Source of the DNA: Raja brachyura
Lineage: Eukaryota
DNA: 64,000 nt
NCBI GenBank assembly: GCA_963514005.1
Contig: OY740786.1
Span: forward strand, 54,808,001 to 54,872,000
Direction: 5' to 3'
In this document: one piece after another, positions 62,985 to 64,000 of the stretch
How positions within the stretch are numbered: the first letter of the stretch is position 1
How the letters are laid out: each line of letters opens with the position of its first letter
Notes under the pieces: model-generated
Database searches by the model: none
Told to the model about the DNA's origin: nothing
The model's input: only the letters and a program-made list of their open reading frames with translations
Translations under genes and position numbers: made by a program

Positions 62985-64000
62985 AGAGTGAGCTGGCAGC
63001 TCAGTCACTCAGGTCTGGTGGGCTGGCAGCTCAGTCACTCAGGCCTGGTGGGCTGGCAGCTCAGTCACTTAGGGCTGGTGGGCTGGCAGATCACTCATTC
63101 AGGCCTGGTGGGTTGACAGCTCAATCACTCAGGCCTGGTGGGCTGGCATCTCAGTCACTCAGGAGAAACTTTGCCCAAAACATGGGAGAAGTTCTGTGAG
63201 TGCGAAAGGGAAAGAGAATCAATTTTAGACATTTTTCCTCTTTTTCTTCCTACAGATCTAAACAAATCAAGGAGCATAAAGGACTTTGATAGACTATCCT
63301 GGATCTCACAGGGAGCCAATGAAGGGAGAAACATACTGTGGTGAGGCAAGTAGACACACACAGTCACACACTCTCAGTCTGAAACGGGGGGGGGGGGGGG
63401 TGAAGAGACAAATTTAAACATTTTTCTTCTTTTTTTCCACAGATCTAAACAATGAAGGAGGAAAGGACCTTGATAGACTATCCTGGATCTCTCTCACAGG
63501 GAGCTTTGCAAGACTCTGGTGGCTGCTGCTGATGAGGAAAACAAGGACTTTTGCTCTGGAAATGGAGCCAAGTTGTATGAAAGTGGTATTCCAATTAAAT
63601 ATGTCAATCAAATCACTCTTGACTTATGATTATTCTTATTATGATCATCACACACTGAGGCCTGAATGCTACTACATGCCTGGTGGGCCAAAGTGACTCC
63701 TCCTGGGCTTGTACAGATGAATGATGGGCCAAAGGGACACTTAAAAAATACTTAAGTGAAATTTCACTCTTGACTTATGATTATTATGGTCATCACACAC
63801 TGAGGGCTAGTACAAGCCTGGCAGTTCACTCACTCATGGCTGGTGGACTGGTAGGTCACTCACTCGTGGCTGGTTGATTCACTCACAGCTGGTGGGCTGG
63901 CAGCTCAGTCACTCAGGGCTGGAGGGCAGGCAGTTGACCCGCTCGTGGCTGGTGGGCAGGCAGTTGACCCGCTCGTGGCTGGTGGGCAGGCAGTTGACTC
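62985..64000. repeat. Third locus of the 30-bp minisatellite family with internal duplications
   Basis: Minisatellite at 62990-63160 and 63820-64000; duplicated blocks 63228-63317/63418-63505 and 63614-63660/63765-63806. Confidence 0.8.

Overview
Repeat-dense eukaryotic DNA with no recognisable intact host gene. The repeat repertoire (HE1-type SINEs, CR1 LINEs with TTCTATGT-type tails, Rex1/Babar, Penelope-derived repeats) points to a cartilaginous fish, probably a skate or ray (inference). Main contents: (1) a decayed env-less class I (gamma/epsilon-like) endogenous retrovirus at 1505-10526 with both LTRs, a tRNA-Pro-like PBS, PPT and TSD; (2) a Passport-like Tc1 transposon; (3) three L1-clade LINEs, one nearly intact; (4) a full-length CR1 with esterase ORF1 nested in another CR1; (5) two hAT elements with 8-bp TSDs, Harbinger MITEs, Helitron-like pieces and Penelope fragments with decayed hammerhead motifs; (6) several candidate minus-strand exons of an unidentified, possibly decayed host gene. 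Most notable observations: a conserved, apparently structured motif in the inter-ORF spacer of all three divergent L1s, a probable 2H-phosphodiesterase remnant in the ERV pol, and a perfect 107-bp fold-back at the end of one L1. All family assignments are from motif recognition by eye; no searches were run.
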